Positions 28,188-38,795 of a stretch of DNA of 64,000 bases are shown here, in pieces. A model generated the notes under the pieces. The model worked only from the letters and a program-made list of their open reading frames with translations, was not told the DNA's origin and ran no database searches. The translations under genes were made by a program, and so were the position numbers. Source of the DNA: a virus; IMG/VR virus record IMGVR_UViG_3300042695_002264, positions 32,001-96,000 of that record; one strand, 5' to 3'. Positions within the stretch are counted from its first letter, which is position 1. Each line of letters opens with the position of its first letter.

Positions 28188-28619
28188 TTAATTGGCAGAA
28201 AGTGTTTGCGCTGCTTCTCCGCTAGTTTCAGCATAAGTAAATGGTGCGGATGGAAAGCTACTAGATGATTGTGCAAACATCATAGCCTCTAACCATTGTT
28301 TGGACGCTTCCATTTTTGGACCAAGTGTTTTTCCTTGAGATAGGATAGCCTGTTCAAGGCGCATTAGTGCTATGACTTCGAGATTTGTGAAGTATTTGCC
28401 GACCCACTCCTCTGCCGTGTAGGTTGGAAGGGTTAGGTTTTCAACCAGCCACCCGCCATTGCCCCAAACTAAAAATTGCGTTTCTGGATTATACTCTGGC
28501 TCTGGCGGTGTTAGTTGCCAATTATTGGCTTTTGGATTGCCATTATTAATCCAACCATCCATAGTTTCGTCACTAATGTCGCGCCTTTCAAAGGTTAATG
28601 TGTTGTAATAATTTTTCAT
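28188..28619 (-). CDS. tail-fibre-associated protein
   Basis: PEPEYNPETQ...W...W motif; follows fibre genes. Confidence 0.55.
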   Translation of the reverse strand: MKNYYNTLTFERRDISDETMDGWINNGNPKANNWQLTPPEPEYNPETQFLVWGNGGWLVENLTLPTYTAEEWVGKYFTNLEVIALMRLEQAILSQGKTLGPKMEASKQWLEAMMFAQSSSSFPSAPFTYAETSGEAAQTLSAN

Positions 28620-28623
28620 AATT

Positions 28624-29274
28624 TTATGCGTAAACTCTTGGATGTGCGGTAACTGTTGGACCATTATTCGCTGTGAGGATTAGGCCACCTTTAGTGTCTA
28701 TCAAATCTCTAACTAAAGGCGCATAAAATACTAAATTTTGAGGTCTAATTTTATTACAAGTAACGCCCTTAGCTAATGAGATAATTTCTGACTGGGTAAG
28801 CGCTACGTTCCACGCGCCAACCTCTGCAATAATACCCTCTAACCATCCAGCTGTTGCAGTGTTTGTAAAATTGGCTCCAATATTTATATTAGTAATATTT
28901 AGAGCTCCGGCAACCGTTGTATTCGTTGATGTTGTTGTTCCATTTAAATAAATTGAACGAGAGGATGTGGAATTAAATACAGCTGCTCCATGATAAAAAT
29001 TATTAGCTATTACAGAGCCAGGAGGAGTATCTGCGGTACCGAGCCCAGCAGTGCTGTTATGTAATGCGCGTAAAAAGGTACTGTTAGCTGGCACAACCAT
29101 TCGGTATGAGTTGGAGGTAGAGCCGAAACTAAAGTTATTTAGTTGAACAATTACTTGTAAGGCAGATCTTGGAACTGTTGTTAATCTAAACCAAGCAGCT
29201 AGAGTTAAGGGAAGATTTGTTACTGGAGCAATGGCTGATATGCTTTGAGTAGTTCCGTTAAAATTATAAGCCAT
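28624..29274 (-). CDS. LamG/ConA-like domain protein
   Basis: TLAAWF, FYHGAAVF, SIYLNG, GIIAEVGAWNVALT. Confidence 0.8.
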   Translation of the reverse strand: MAYNFNGTTQSISAIAPVTNLPLTLAAWFRLTTVPRSALQVIVQLNNFSFGSTSNSYRMVVPANSTFLRALHNSTAGLGTADTPPGSVIANNFYHGAAVFNSTSSRSIYLNGTTTSTNTTVAGALNITNINIGANFTNTATAGWLEGIIAEVGAWNVALTQSEIISLAKGVTCNKIRPQNLVFYAPLVRDLIDTKGGLILTANNGPTVTAHPRVYA

Positions 29275-29275
29275 A

Positions 29276-30355
29276 TTATACCGCCCTCACTTCAATAAAA
29301 TTTATCTCAGCATCTCCAAGCATCGTATCATTCACAGTGTCCGCACTATTTCTAAAAACAAGCATTCGGTAAAAACTGCCAGTGGTCAGCCCGTTAATAC
29401 CAGTGCATGTTATTTGGGTTACTGTTGGAACGCCATTTGTGGCATTTGCCACACCGCTACCAAAACCAGCAACGTCAAAACTATCAATGTCTAAATCTGT
29501 ATTTAGATTCATAAATCGTGCGCCCCAAACACAACTTCCGCTAGTTCCTGATACTGCAGACCAATTAATCCTAACATTTAATCCATTTGAAATATTTGCC
29601 GTATCTGGTATTGATCCAACAAAAGTTCCGGACTCTGTGAGCGTATCATCAAAATCTAAAACTAAAATTGAATTGCGCGTATCGAATTGTGCGAAACCTG
29701 TAGATGGCGGTTGATTTTGAGATGGTGTAAATTTATCAATTATTTTTGATATATCTTGTTTGTATGCAACGTTGCCAGTTTGATTAAAAGTTATCTTGCC
29801 ATTGCCAATAGCAGCGCCATTTAAAAACTCTAAAGAGTATACATTTCCAGCATCACCTCTTAAAATAAAAGCTGCGTCATCAAGCTCTGGGGATTCAGAT
29901 GCTTCTTGTGGTGGAATTGCAAACCTAATTTTGTTTATGCCATTATTAATAGTTAAAAATGGATTATCGTACGTGTTGGTCGTGCCAGTATTATAAATAC
30001 TTATATTTCCATTAAGTATTGATAATGGTCCATTATAACTTGGCTGGCCACCACCATACTGAAAACTGCCGTCATTCATTTTTGCTGCTATAACCTCATC
30101 ATTATCAGTAATAAGGCCAAGCTCGCCACTGATACTGTCATCTGATATTGAAACAGTACCGTTAAGACCCATACCAAAATGGGATAATTGGCTATAAAAA
30201 GTTTTAATTCCACTAATTGTTTGATCACCAGTTGTAAAAACAACATTCTCTACAGATCCGCCAGCAGCCTCGCCCTGTAATAGAACGCCAGTACCATTAA
30301 CCGTTGGTCGATTTTGTACTTCTAAATATCCAATCTGTAAACGCTCATTAATCAT
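29276..30355 (-). CDS. tail-fibre-like protein
   Basis: RPTVNGTGVLL and VFTTGDQTISGIKTF repeats shared with paralogues. Confidence 0.7.
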   Translation of the reverse strand: MINERLQIGYLEVQNRPTVNGTGVLLQGEAAGGSVENVVFTTGDQTISGIKTFYSQLSHFGMGLNGTVSISDDSISGELGLITDNDEVIAAKMNDGSFQYGGGQPSYNGPLSILNGNISIYNTGTTNTYDNPFLTINNGINKIRFAIPPQEASESPELDDAAFILRGDAGNVYSLEFLNGAAIGNGKITFNQTGNVAYKQDISKIIDKFTPSQNQPPSTGFAQFDTRNSILVLDFDDTLTESGTFVGSIPDTANISNGLNVRINWSAVSGTSGSCVWGARFMNLNTDLDIDSFDVAGFGSGVANATNGVPTVTQITCTGINGLTTGSFYRMLVFRNSADTVNDTMLGDAEINFIEVRAV

Positions 30356-30470
30356 ATTTTATTATTTAATATACCAACAAGGACTGGCCTTTGTGGCAGT
30401 CCACATGAAATCATTTTTGCATGAAATCACGTAGGCATAGCTATGAACTAGCCCTTGTTGATATACTATT

Positions 30471-32525
30471 TTACCAATGTTTAAATTCTGATCCATTTGG
30501 TCCCTTATCTATTAATATTACACGTTCTTTTTGTACAAAATTATAATTTGCCCCACTTAATGTAAATATTGGAGTATTGTTATTTATATCCAGACCGCTA
30601 ATTACGCATGGGTTGTTATCGGCTTCAAAATCAAAACGTAAATTCATACAAGTTCCTTGGACAAATGGAAAGCTATTTGGCCTACTAAATAATATATATC
30701 TTATTCCTCCGCCATTTGGCACACTAATATCATAAAATGTTTCTAATCTGCGCGTTTTGGGCCTGATAATTGGACAATTTGTTGTATCGTATCCTGCTGA
30801 TAAAACAAATCTTTCATAGCCATTTCCAACTGTAGAATTATAACGTACTTTTCTTATTGCCTTTCCTGAATAATTGCTATCATCTGGAAATTTTATAAGA
30901 TTGCGATTTGATGGACCGCCATTGTAATCAACAATAACCCCAGGGTTTACTTTTAATGTTTTAGAATAGGGGTTAACATTGCCTATTCCTTCTGATAGGG
31001 GTTCTTCAAAATATAAATTAACAAGATCACCATTCTCCATTCCTGATTTATGAATTTGACTTGTTAAAATATTTTCTTGTTGAAGATATTGATCTGTCTT
31101 ATTAGTTTGTATATAATATTTATGCAAACCATTATTTATAATAAACCCGCTAGGGTTATCTTTCGTATAAAAGTTAGAAGTGTTTATTCCTGTTATAAAG
31201 CCGCTTGGATTGTTTCTTGGATATAGATTCGATAAATCAACTCCTGTAATAAATCCGCTAGAATTAATGTTGTTAATTTGTTGTTGTAAATTAGATCCAG
31301 TAGATGCTAGATTTAAAATTGTAGCATATTTATTATTTACAAATCCGCTATAATTTATTATGTCTTGAACGGCGGCAATGTCATTTAATACAGAGAGATC
31401 ATCACTTCTTCTAGCTATGCCAAATTTAAATTTATTACTATGATCAAAGCCAATGATTGGCCCATAATCATTTGCGCCAGTTAAGCCACTTCCAGTAACG
31501 AAGAATATGCCGCCATCTGTAGAGCCGCCTGTTAAATTTAATAAAATATAAGAGCTTTCTATAAAATTATTTTGTACATTGGCAATAAACTCTGTTCCAG
31601 TAACATACAAATCATGAATATAAACACTATTTCTAAATGTTTTTGTTCCATCAATAGTTTGATTGCCATAAACTAGTACAGAAACTCCACTTAAATTATT
31701 AATTTTAGAATCTAAATTTAGCCCAGTTAAGGCAAGATTAGAAATGCTGGCATAGTTACCTGTTAATGTTCCGCTAAGATTATTGATTTGTGCGGTTAGA
31801 GTAGATCCTGTCGCTGCTAGATTAGCGGTTGTGGCATATGAGCTTAAATTAACTCCTGTTATAAATCCACTTGGGTTGCTGCGCGGATATAGATGTGATA
31901 AATCTACGCCTGTAATAAAGCCACTACCATATAAATTATTAATTTGTTGCTGTAGATTAGACCCTGTTTGTGATAACTGAAGATCGCTGGCATAATTTAA
32001 ATCAAGATTGTTTATTTGATTCTGTAAATTTTGCCCAGTACTTTGCAAATTTGCAACTGTTGCGTATGGAGATAAATTTACCCCTGTTATAAATCCACTT
32101 GGATTTGTATTCGGATAAAAATTGGAATTGCTATATCCACTTAAATTATTAATTTGATTCTGTAGATTTAAGCCAGTGGATTGAAGATTGGTAATGGTGG
32201 AAAATGTACTATTGCTATATCCGCTTAAACTATTTATTGCAGAATTTAAATTACTACCAGTTTGCGCCAGTAATCCGCTGAGTATATTTATTTCTGTTTG
32301 AGACGCATATCCAGTACCTAATTGATCTATTTGGTATTGTAAATGACCGCTGGCTCCCAATATGCTTAAATTTTCGACATTAGAAAGGCCAACATCTGAT
32401 TTGTCTAATGTTACAAAGCCTATTCTTCCATTAACGGCCTGAACTGGCGCATAATCTTGCTGCACCTCAATATATACCGCTTCTCCGGTAATGGGCTGAA
32501 CTGTAACTAAAACTTCTTTTGCCAT
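30471..32525 (-). CDS. tail-fibre-like repeat protein
   Basis: VQAVNGRIG...DVGLSNV, multiple NPSGFITGVxLS and TGSNLQxQINN repeats. Confidence 0.75.
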   Translation of the reverse strand: MAKEVLVTVQPITGEAVYIEVQQDYAPVQAVNGRIGFVTLDKSDVGLSNVENLSILGASGHLQYQIDQLGTGYASQTEINILSGLLAQTGSNLNSAINSLSGYSNSTFSTITNLQSTGLNLQNQINNLSGYSNSNFYPNTNPSGFITGVNLSPYATVANLQSTGQNLQNQINNLDLNYASDLQLSQTGSNLQQQINNLYGSGFITGVDLSHLYPRSNPSGFITGVNLSSYATTANLAATGSTLTAQINNLSGTLTGNYASISNLALTGLNLDSKINNLSGVSVLVYGNQTIDGTKTFRNSVYIHDLYVTGTEFIANVQNNFIESSYILLNLTGGSTDGGIFFVTGSGLTGANDYGPIIGFDHSNKFKFGIARRSDDLSVLNDIAAVQDIINYSGFVNNKYATILNLASTGSNLQQQINNINSSGFITGVDLSNLYPRNNPSGFITGINTSNFYTKDNPSGFIINNGLHKYYIQTNKTDQYLQQENILTSQIHKSGMENGDLVNLYFEEPLSEGIGNVNPYSKTLKVNPGVIVDYNGGPSNRNLIKFPDDSNYSGKAIRKVRYNSTVGNGYERFVLSAGYDTTNCPIIRPKTRRLETFYDISVPNGGGIRYILFSRPNSFPFVQGTCMNLRFDFEADNNPCVISGLDINNNTPIFTLSGANYNFVQKERVILIDKGPNGSEFKHW

Positions 32526-32928
32526 GACTTTATTATTACATTACACCTCTAGTGCAATATATTTTTTAATTAATTAATCGATTAAAATAATTAATTAAAT
32601 ATACCATTTTTTCCACTCGCAAAGCAATCTTCTATGGTATCAAGCCCACTGCCCGCGCTATTAAAGCCTGTTATAAAAATAAATATATTATCAATTGGAT
32701 CTGAATTATTAATTTCATTAATTCCAGAAATAAAAATATCTGTGCTATCTGCAAGTATGCACATTTGATTATTCTTGTATTTTTTTTATAATTTCTTCTA
32801 CATCTTCTATTTCTTTGATACAAGATTCATATAATGCTATATCGCCATTTGTAAATGCAGCATTTTTTTTATCATTTAAATTGCGCAATTTATTCTGTAA
32901 AAGGGTTTTTAATTCTTGAATATTCATC

Positions 32929-35397
32929 TTAAGTATAAATTAATGTTCTCATTGATTGACTTGTGCTTGGAAGCATAAAATATAAAAATATCAAATCATC
33001 ACTTATTTTATACATTGGAAATGTCTTTATTCTTGAGAAATTGTTATTGTTTGATGTGTATGGAAAAAACGCGCATGTTTCTACTTTAAAATTATTTAAA
33101 TCTATATAACCACATTGCTGACTGTTTCCTCCATATGTAAAATATAAACGATCTTTAAAATCATATGTTGTTTGTGCTCCCAAAGAAAATGGATTGTTTT
33201 GGCCTTGATTTTCTATATTTGGTAGAAATGCCTCCCACTGTTCTGTAGTTACATTATATCTTAAAAATGTAAATTTAAAAGCAGCCGTACCGACAGCTCC
33301 AGCATTATAATATACGTATTTGCCGCGATTTTGCGTGCTATTTTCTACGCAGTTAAGCATTATATTGCTACCACCCAAGGCTTGACGACTATTGCCAAGA
33401 ATCGCGTAAACGCTAGTAGTATCCAATGAAGTGGTTGTGGCTGCGGTAGTTAATGCTGTAGCAGTGTTAGACGTAATTGTAGTCTCAGTAAAAGAAGAGG
33501 TACCAGCTAAAATTGCTACTCTTTTACCAGCATGAATATTTGTAGTCCAGTTTTTTGTAGAGTCTGTTATAACGCCAGCTGCACTTGAAGCCGTACAAGT
33601 TCCATATCCATCTTTATCTGCTGTTGTGCCATCTGTTACATCCACACCAGCTGGTCTTAAATTAACTATATAGTATCTAGCTCCAGCACTAGGGGCGCTG
33701 GCCATAGCATTGACTGTTAAGCTATTAGATGTGTTTGATGTTATTTTTCTTACAATGCTGGTAGGAGTCGCTGTATTTTGTACAGCAGATTGAACTAGTA
33801 GTAATCCATATCCAGACCATTGATTCGTTGCCCAATTTTTAGAAAGATCAAATACTTGTGTGGCTGAAAATACATTTGATGCAGCTGCGGCTACTGTTCC
33901 AGTAAGCGCGGCAGTTAAAGTAGTTACAGATGCTGCACCAGTAAATGTGAATGATTGATTAAAAGAACTATCCGTGCATCCCGTTATAGCTCCAATATCA
34001 CCAGTTGAAAGCAAATGATCACGAACAGTTGTAAATGTTCCTACGCCACCAGCTCTCGTAATTGTAGAAATTGGTATTGGTTCAAATCCAGAAACATTTG
34101 CTCCTGTTGGAGTTAAAAGAATATTGTTTAAATATCCTTTATCGTACCAGTAATTATTCGGCATCCAAACATCTTCATCTTCATTATAAATGAACCATTT
34201 TTGAGATGTGCTGGTTTGTGTATAAAGTTTTGTATTGTCTTGACCAATATGGTATTGGCTAGAAGAATCTGGCTCGGTATCAAATGGTCTGTGCAGTGTG
34301 ATTTTAGTATCTGTATTTTCAGAAATTACTCTATATTGCCCAGCGCCAACGCCACTAGTAATAGAAAGTAACATATTTCTATAGTCACCAGTAGTCCAAT
34401 TCGCGCCAGTATCATTAATTTCTGTTGTTGTTGCGCTGGTTACAGTCCCACTTGTGAATCCGGACGCCATATTGGAAAAAGAATCAATCGTCAAATCGCT
34501 TGGACTTGATGGCGTCATATTGTTAACTGTTTTATTATACCAAACATTTGAACCTAAATCATATTTTACCAAATTCCATGGCGCATTTTGAACTGATGCA
34601 TAAAAAATACATTCTGTGTCTAAAATTTCAAAAAAAGATGTTTTGTCTGGTACTATATCCCAAGGCGAATCTATAGTAGCTTCAGAATATTGAATTCCTA
34701 TTATTGATTGAGAACCAGCTGTTGTACTTATAGCGACTGGAAGATATTGCCCCCAATCTTGGCGAACACCAACTAAGTTAACTTGGGTCAATGCTATAGC
34801 GCTTGGACCATTTGATAAAATTTTTCTAATACTGTTTGTACCAGCGCCAATTAAGATTTTCATTTCGTATCCCATCCATCTATTTGTAGGCCAAGATTTT
34901 GTAGAATCTGTAATAGATTGTGCTACTGCCCAAGTTGTACCAACAGTTGACGAAGTTGGTACTAATTTTTCTTCTGTAACTGGCGCTGAAATACTAGTTA
35001 TTGTTCTAATTTGATTTTTACCTTTGCCTTTATAAATTCTGATTTTTTTACCAACAAATTCAGGCTTAGAATCAACAAAAGCTGCGCTTACTTTATTTGA
35101 TGAAGCAGTAATTACTTGACCTTTATACCCATCATTTGAATAAACTAAATTTACTGCAGTATTAGTGGTAGTGTAAGGCGGAAGTCCAATTTGTGTAGTC
35201 AAAACAGAATCTGAAATTAAATCATTTCTATATATTCCGTTTCCAGCACCATTGTTATAATAATAATATCTATCTTTTAAATCTTTTCTGAAACAAATAG
35301 ATCCATTAGCAGCATTTGCGCCAATTATATAAGAACTTTTTAAAAATTCATATGTTGGCTGATCTAAAACAGGAACTAATTTATTTTGAATACCCAT
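32929..35397 (-). CDS. large putative virion/tail protein
   Basis: 822 aa, Thr/Ser-rich, repeated TDxTKxWxTNxW...RxIxSNT modules. Confidence 0.7.
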   Translation of the reverse strand: MGIQNKLVPVLDQPTYEFLKSSYIIGANAANGSICFRKDLKDRYYYYNNGAGNGIYRNDLISDSVLTTQIGLPPYTTTNTAVNLVYSNDGYKGQVITASSNKVSAAFVDSKPEFVGKKIRIYKGKGKNQIRTITSISAPVTEEKLVPTSSTVGTTWAVAQSITDSTKSWPTNRWMGYEMKILIGAGTNSIRKILSNGPSAIALTQVNLVGVRQDWGQYLPVAISTTAGSQSIIGIQYSEATIDSPWDIVPDKTSFFEILDTECIFYASVQNAPWNLVKYDLGSNVWYNKTVNNMTPSSPSDLTIDSFSNMASGFTSGTVTSATTTEINDTGANWTTGDYRNMLLSITSGVGAGQYRVISENTDTKITLHRPFDTEPDSSSQYHIGQDNTKLYTQTSTSQKWFIYNEDEDVWMPNNYWYDKGYLNNILLTPTGANVSGFEPIPISTITRAGGVGTFTTVRDHLLSTGDIGAITGCTDSSFNQSFTFTGAASVTTLTAALTGTVAAAASNVFSATQVFDLSKNWATNQWSGYGLLLVQSAVQNTATPTSIVRKITSNTSNSLTVNAMASAPSAGARYYIVNLRPAGVDVTDGTTADKDGYGTCTASSAAGVITDSTKNWTTNIHAGKRVAILAGTSSFTETTITSNTATALTTAATTTSLDTTSVYAILGNSRQALGGSNIMLNCVENSTQNRGKYVYYNAGAVGTAAFKFTFLRYNVTTEQWEAFLPNIENQGQNNPFSLGAQTTYDFKDRLYFTYGGNSQQCGYIDLNNFKVETCAFFPYTSNNNNFSRIKTFPMYKISDDLIFLYFMLPSTSQSMRTLIYT

Positions 35398-35400
35398 ATT

Positions 35401-35922
35401 TTATGTATTTATTATATTTGCACGAGTGCCATTTGCAAATGTTCTTCTTGTTTCGTTTATTAATTGTTCGTTTACTCCAAAAGTACCAATAGTATTAATA
35501 TTCACATTTTGGTTTCCTGGTAAATTTCCAGCAATACTGTCTATAACTACGCGCTGCCTGCTCGCTGTGTCAATTATGCCTAAACTTTGAGACATTAATA
35601 GTAATTTTCTAAGGATAGCCGAATTATCGTTTATAGAATTTAATAAATCTTGAAGGGTTTGGTCTTTTGCAGAAATATACCCATCCTCTATAAAAATTTG
35701 CAAACTATCACTGTTAGACATGCCGCTTGTGTCAAAGCCCAGATTCAATACATTTCCAGATACTGTCCCGCCTCTTGTTGAATCGGCAAAATTATAAATA
35801 ATAATATTATTAGTAACATTTGTTACTAAAAGTATCGATTCAAGATTTACAGAGGCATAGTCTGTAAGAGTAATTTCTCCAGAAGCTGCATTAAATGTAT
35901 AATTTTCTACAAGAATTTTCAT
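35401..35922 (-). CDS. putative tail protein
   Basis: YTFNAAS...LLVTNVTNNIIIYNFAD...DSLQIF. Confidence 0.65.
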   Translation of the reverse strand: MKILVENYTFNAASGEITLTDYASVNLESILLVTNVTNNIIIYNFADSTRGGTVSGNVLNLGFDTSGMSNSDSLQIFIEDGYISAKDQTLQDLLNSINDNSAILRKLLLMSQSLGIIDTASRQRVVIDSIAGNLPGNQNVNINTIGTFGVNEQLINETRRTFANGTRANIINT

Positions 35923-35924
35923 AT

Positions 35925-37829
35925 TTACCCCAAAGCTATTGCAAATGCAATACTATTGTTTACACCTAAATTATTTATCTGGTTTTGTAAATTTACATTT
36001 ACCTGATTTAATTGTCCAGTGGTTGCATAATTAGACAAATCAATTCCAGTAATAAAGCCACTTGGATTATTATTCGTATAAAACGCTCCAGTTTGGTTGG
36101 ATGTAATAAAATTACCAGTTTCAGAAGGGCGTACAACACTGCCCGTAGTATAATTTGATAAATCAACTCCTGTTATAAAACCACTTGGATTATCTTTTGT
36201 ATAATAATTAGATAAATCTATATTAATTCCTGTTAATACAGGGTTTCCGGAAACGGTTAAAAGGTTGTTAACATTAACGGAATTTTGACGAACAACTAAA
36301 TTATCGGCGGCACCAAGAGCACCATTGCCGCTTTTATAAATAATAAATTCTCTAGACTTAATGGGATCTGGATTAATATAAATATTTCCATGAGCAATAA
36401 TTGGTCCGCCTCTGTTATCTGAAGTTCTTGCTCCACCATATAAATTAATGCTGCCAATAGTTTCTGGAAGTGGAGCAAATGTGGGTAAATTTCCACCACT
36501 ACCACCTATTATAGTTATATTACCTGGCGTTACTGGGGGAAATCCACCTGATAGGGCATTGCCGCCTATTAAAGTAATATTTCCGCCATTTGCAAATGAA
36601 AATGCACTTCCATCTCCAACTCCAGATCCGCCGCGTATTATAACTGATTCTCCGAATGCATCTGTAATTCCTACAACATCTTTTCCTGCAAGATTTATAG
36701 TACCACCAGTAATGATTATACCGCTTGAGAAAGTTTTTAGGCCGCCAATAGTTTGATTTCCAGTTGTATTTACATATGTTGTTGGGTCAATAGTTATTCC
36801 GCTAATTTTTAGTGATAGGCCATTTTGTATATTAAGATCAGAATCATTAACGCTAATAACTGGCGTACCAACATCTCCACTTTTATAAAATAGAACGCTT
36901 AAGTCTTTATTTGTGCCGCGATTTATAGAAATGCTGGATTGCAATTGAATATTTCCATTTGCGTTTGCGCCTGTCCCCCCCTGAATAACTACAGGACCAC
37001 CAAATCCACCACCATCTCCTCCAAATAAATTTAATTGGTTACCAAAAAAACCGTCTGGCCTACCTTTTATCTGATTAGCATAAACCGTGCTTAAAAATGT
37101 TTTTATACCACTAACTGCTTGATCACCAATCGTATATACCAAATTTTCAATTCCGGTTATAAAACCAGAGTTATTTAAATTATTGATCTGATTTTGCAAA
37201 TTAGATCCTGTAGATTCTAAGTTTAGAATTGTAGAATATTTATTATCAACGAAACCACTATAATTTGTTACGTCTTGAATAGCAGCAATGTCATTTAGAG
37301 TTGAAAGATCATCACTTCTTCTTGCAATACCAAATTTAAAATTCTTGCTATGGTCAAAACCAATGATTGGCCCATAATCATTGATGCCAGAAAAACCGCT
37401 ACCAGTTACGAAAAATATTCCCCCATCAACCGCACCGCCAGTTAAATTTAAAATTAAGTATGGGCTTTGAACATTAAAATTTGTAGTACTAACTATAGTT
37501 TCTGTTCCTGTAACAAACAAGTTTTTTATATAAATATTATCAACAAAATTTTTAATACCAGAAATCGTTTGATCGCCAGTTGTAAATACAACATTTGTTG
37601 TTGTTATATATCCGCTAGGATTCGACGCCGCGTAAAACGCTCCAGTTTGGCCTGTCGTTATATACGGCGAAAGATCTACGCCTGTAATAAAACCGCTAGG
37701 GTTATCTCTGGTGTAGTAGTTTGAAAGGTCTACGTTTACCGCCTCGCCAGATAATAAAATATTATACTTTCCAAATCGGCTTTGATCTGAAAGTATTTTT
37801 TTATTGAATATATCTACTGATAGTGGCAT
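35925..37829 (-). CDS. tail-fibre-like repeat protein, Gly-rich
   Basis: NPSGFITG repeats, GGNITLIGG repeats, C-terminal IAFAIALG. Confidence 0.75.
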   Translation of the reverse strand: MPLSVDIFNKKILSDQSRFGKYNILLSGEAVNVDLSNYYTRDNPSGFITGVDLSPYITTGQTGAFYAASNPSGYITTTNVVFTTGDQTISGIKNFVDNIYIKNLFVTGTETIVSTTNFNVQSPYLILNLTGGAVDGGIFFVTGSGFSGINDYGPIIGFDHSKNFKFGIARRSDDLSTLNDIAAIQDVTNYSGFVDNKYSTILNLESTGSNLQNQINNLNNSGFITGIENLVYTIGDQAVSGIKTFLSTVYANQIKGRPDGFFGNQLNLFGGDGGGFGGPVVIQGGTGANANGNIQLQSSISINRGTNKDLSVLFYKSGDVGTPVISVNDSDLNIQNGLSLKISGITIDPTTYVNTTGNQTIGGLKTFSSGIIITGGTINLAGKDVVGITDAFGESVIIRGGSGVGDGSAFSFANGGNITLIGGNALSGGFPPVTPGNITIIGGSGGNLPTFAPLPETIGSINLYGGARTSDNRGGPIIAHGNIYINPDPIKSREFIIYKSGNGALGAADNLVVRQNSVNVNNLLTVSGNPVLTGINIDLSNYYTKDNPSGFITGVDLSNYTTGSVVRPSETGNFITSNQTGAFYTNNNPSGFITGIDLSNYATTGQLNQVNVNLQNQINNLGVNNSIAFAIALG

Positions 37830-37835
37830 GTAGTG

Positions 37836-38165
37836 TTAATTATTTGTATTTGTAATTGAATTCGTTACTGGAAAATTGGTTGAAAAATTTGTTGCAACAT
37901 TGGTTGGGAAAACTTGCGGCGGAGCTGGTGTTATCGCTGGAATCGGGGCAACAATTGGGTTTATTGGTTCATCTATTGGCGTGACTATCGGTGGGTTAAT
38001 AACGTCACCACCCACGGCAATATTTGTAAAAATTCTTGTATTAAACGCGTAATTTGGAAAAGTTTTCGGCCCGTAGCTTGCTGGCCAAACTAATATAAAA
38101 CTTAAAAATAGCCCAATTATGGCAAAAATAATGGTGTCTGTGGGTAGTCTGAGAATAGAAATCAT
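37836..38165 (-). CDS. membrane-anchored Pro/Thr-rich protein
   Basis: N-terminal TM, low-complexity tail; GTGTAA 8 nt upstream. Confidence 0.6.
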   Translation of the reverse strand: MISILRLPTDTIIFAIIGLFLSFILVWPASYGPKTFPNYAFNTRIFTNIAVGGDVINPPIVTPIDEPINPIVAPIPAITPAPPQVFPTNVATNFSTNFPVTNSITNTNN

Positions 38166-38219
38166 AGTATGCTTTACACTTATAACTCATTAAACATAGG
38201 CACATCAATCAAAATACTT

Positions 38220-38786
38220 TTATTTTTCTATAAAATCAACCAATTGACCTGAAGAGTTTAGTTGTTTTTTAATTGGCGTGATAAATTCGTTGCATAATTC
38301 TAAATTAAATTTGTTTTTAATTTTATTAACAGTGCCTTCCTGACTTGCCTGTAAATCTTCAAAATTTATCATAATAGATATGTCGGGATTTTGTTCACAA
38401 AAGTCTGTGTAAATTTTTTGCCTTTGGGTATAAAAATCCAAATCATCTTTATAAACTTCTAAGCCCATAGGAGTATTATAAAACCAAATATCTTTATTTG
38501 CTAGCCTTGGTAAAAATTCAAAGGTATTTTGATGCTTTAATTTAACACTCTCTGACCAACAATCATAATTTCGGTTTGTGAAAATAAAATAAGGCTGTTC
38601 ATTTGTGTATTTTTTAATGTATTCTAAAATAATCTCAGACGGAGGAACCCCATGTTTCCATCCAAGATAGTGCGTGTGATGCTCTCCCAAGTCGCAAACA
38701 TATGCTTTAAAATTTATAGTAAGTAGACATTGCAGCAGATTTGTTCCTGTTCGTGGCATGCCGTAAACTTTTAAAATCTCTTTCAT
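38220..38786 (-). CDS. sulfotransferase-fold protein
   Basis: GMPRTGTN (5'-PSB-like), GWKHG, R..D.W..S, INFEDL. Confidence 0.7.
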   Translation of the reverse strand: MKEILKVYGMPRTGTNLLQCLLTINFKAYVCDLGEHHTHYLGWKHGVPPSEIILEYIKKYTNEQPYFIFTNRNYDCWSESVKLKHQNTFEFLPRLANKDIWFYNTPMGLEVYKDDLDFYTQRQKIYTDFCEQNPDISIMINFEDLQASQEGTVNKIKNKFNLELCNEFITPIKKQLNSSGQLVDFIEK

Positions 38787-38795
38787 TGGGCGTTA

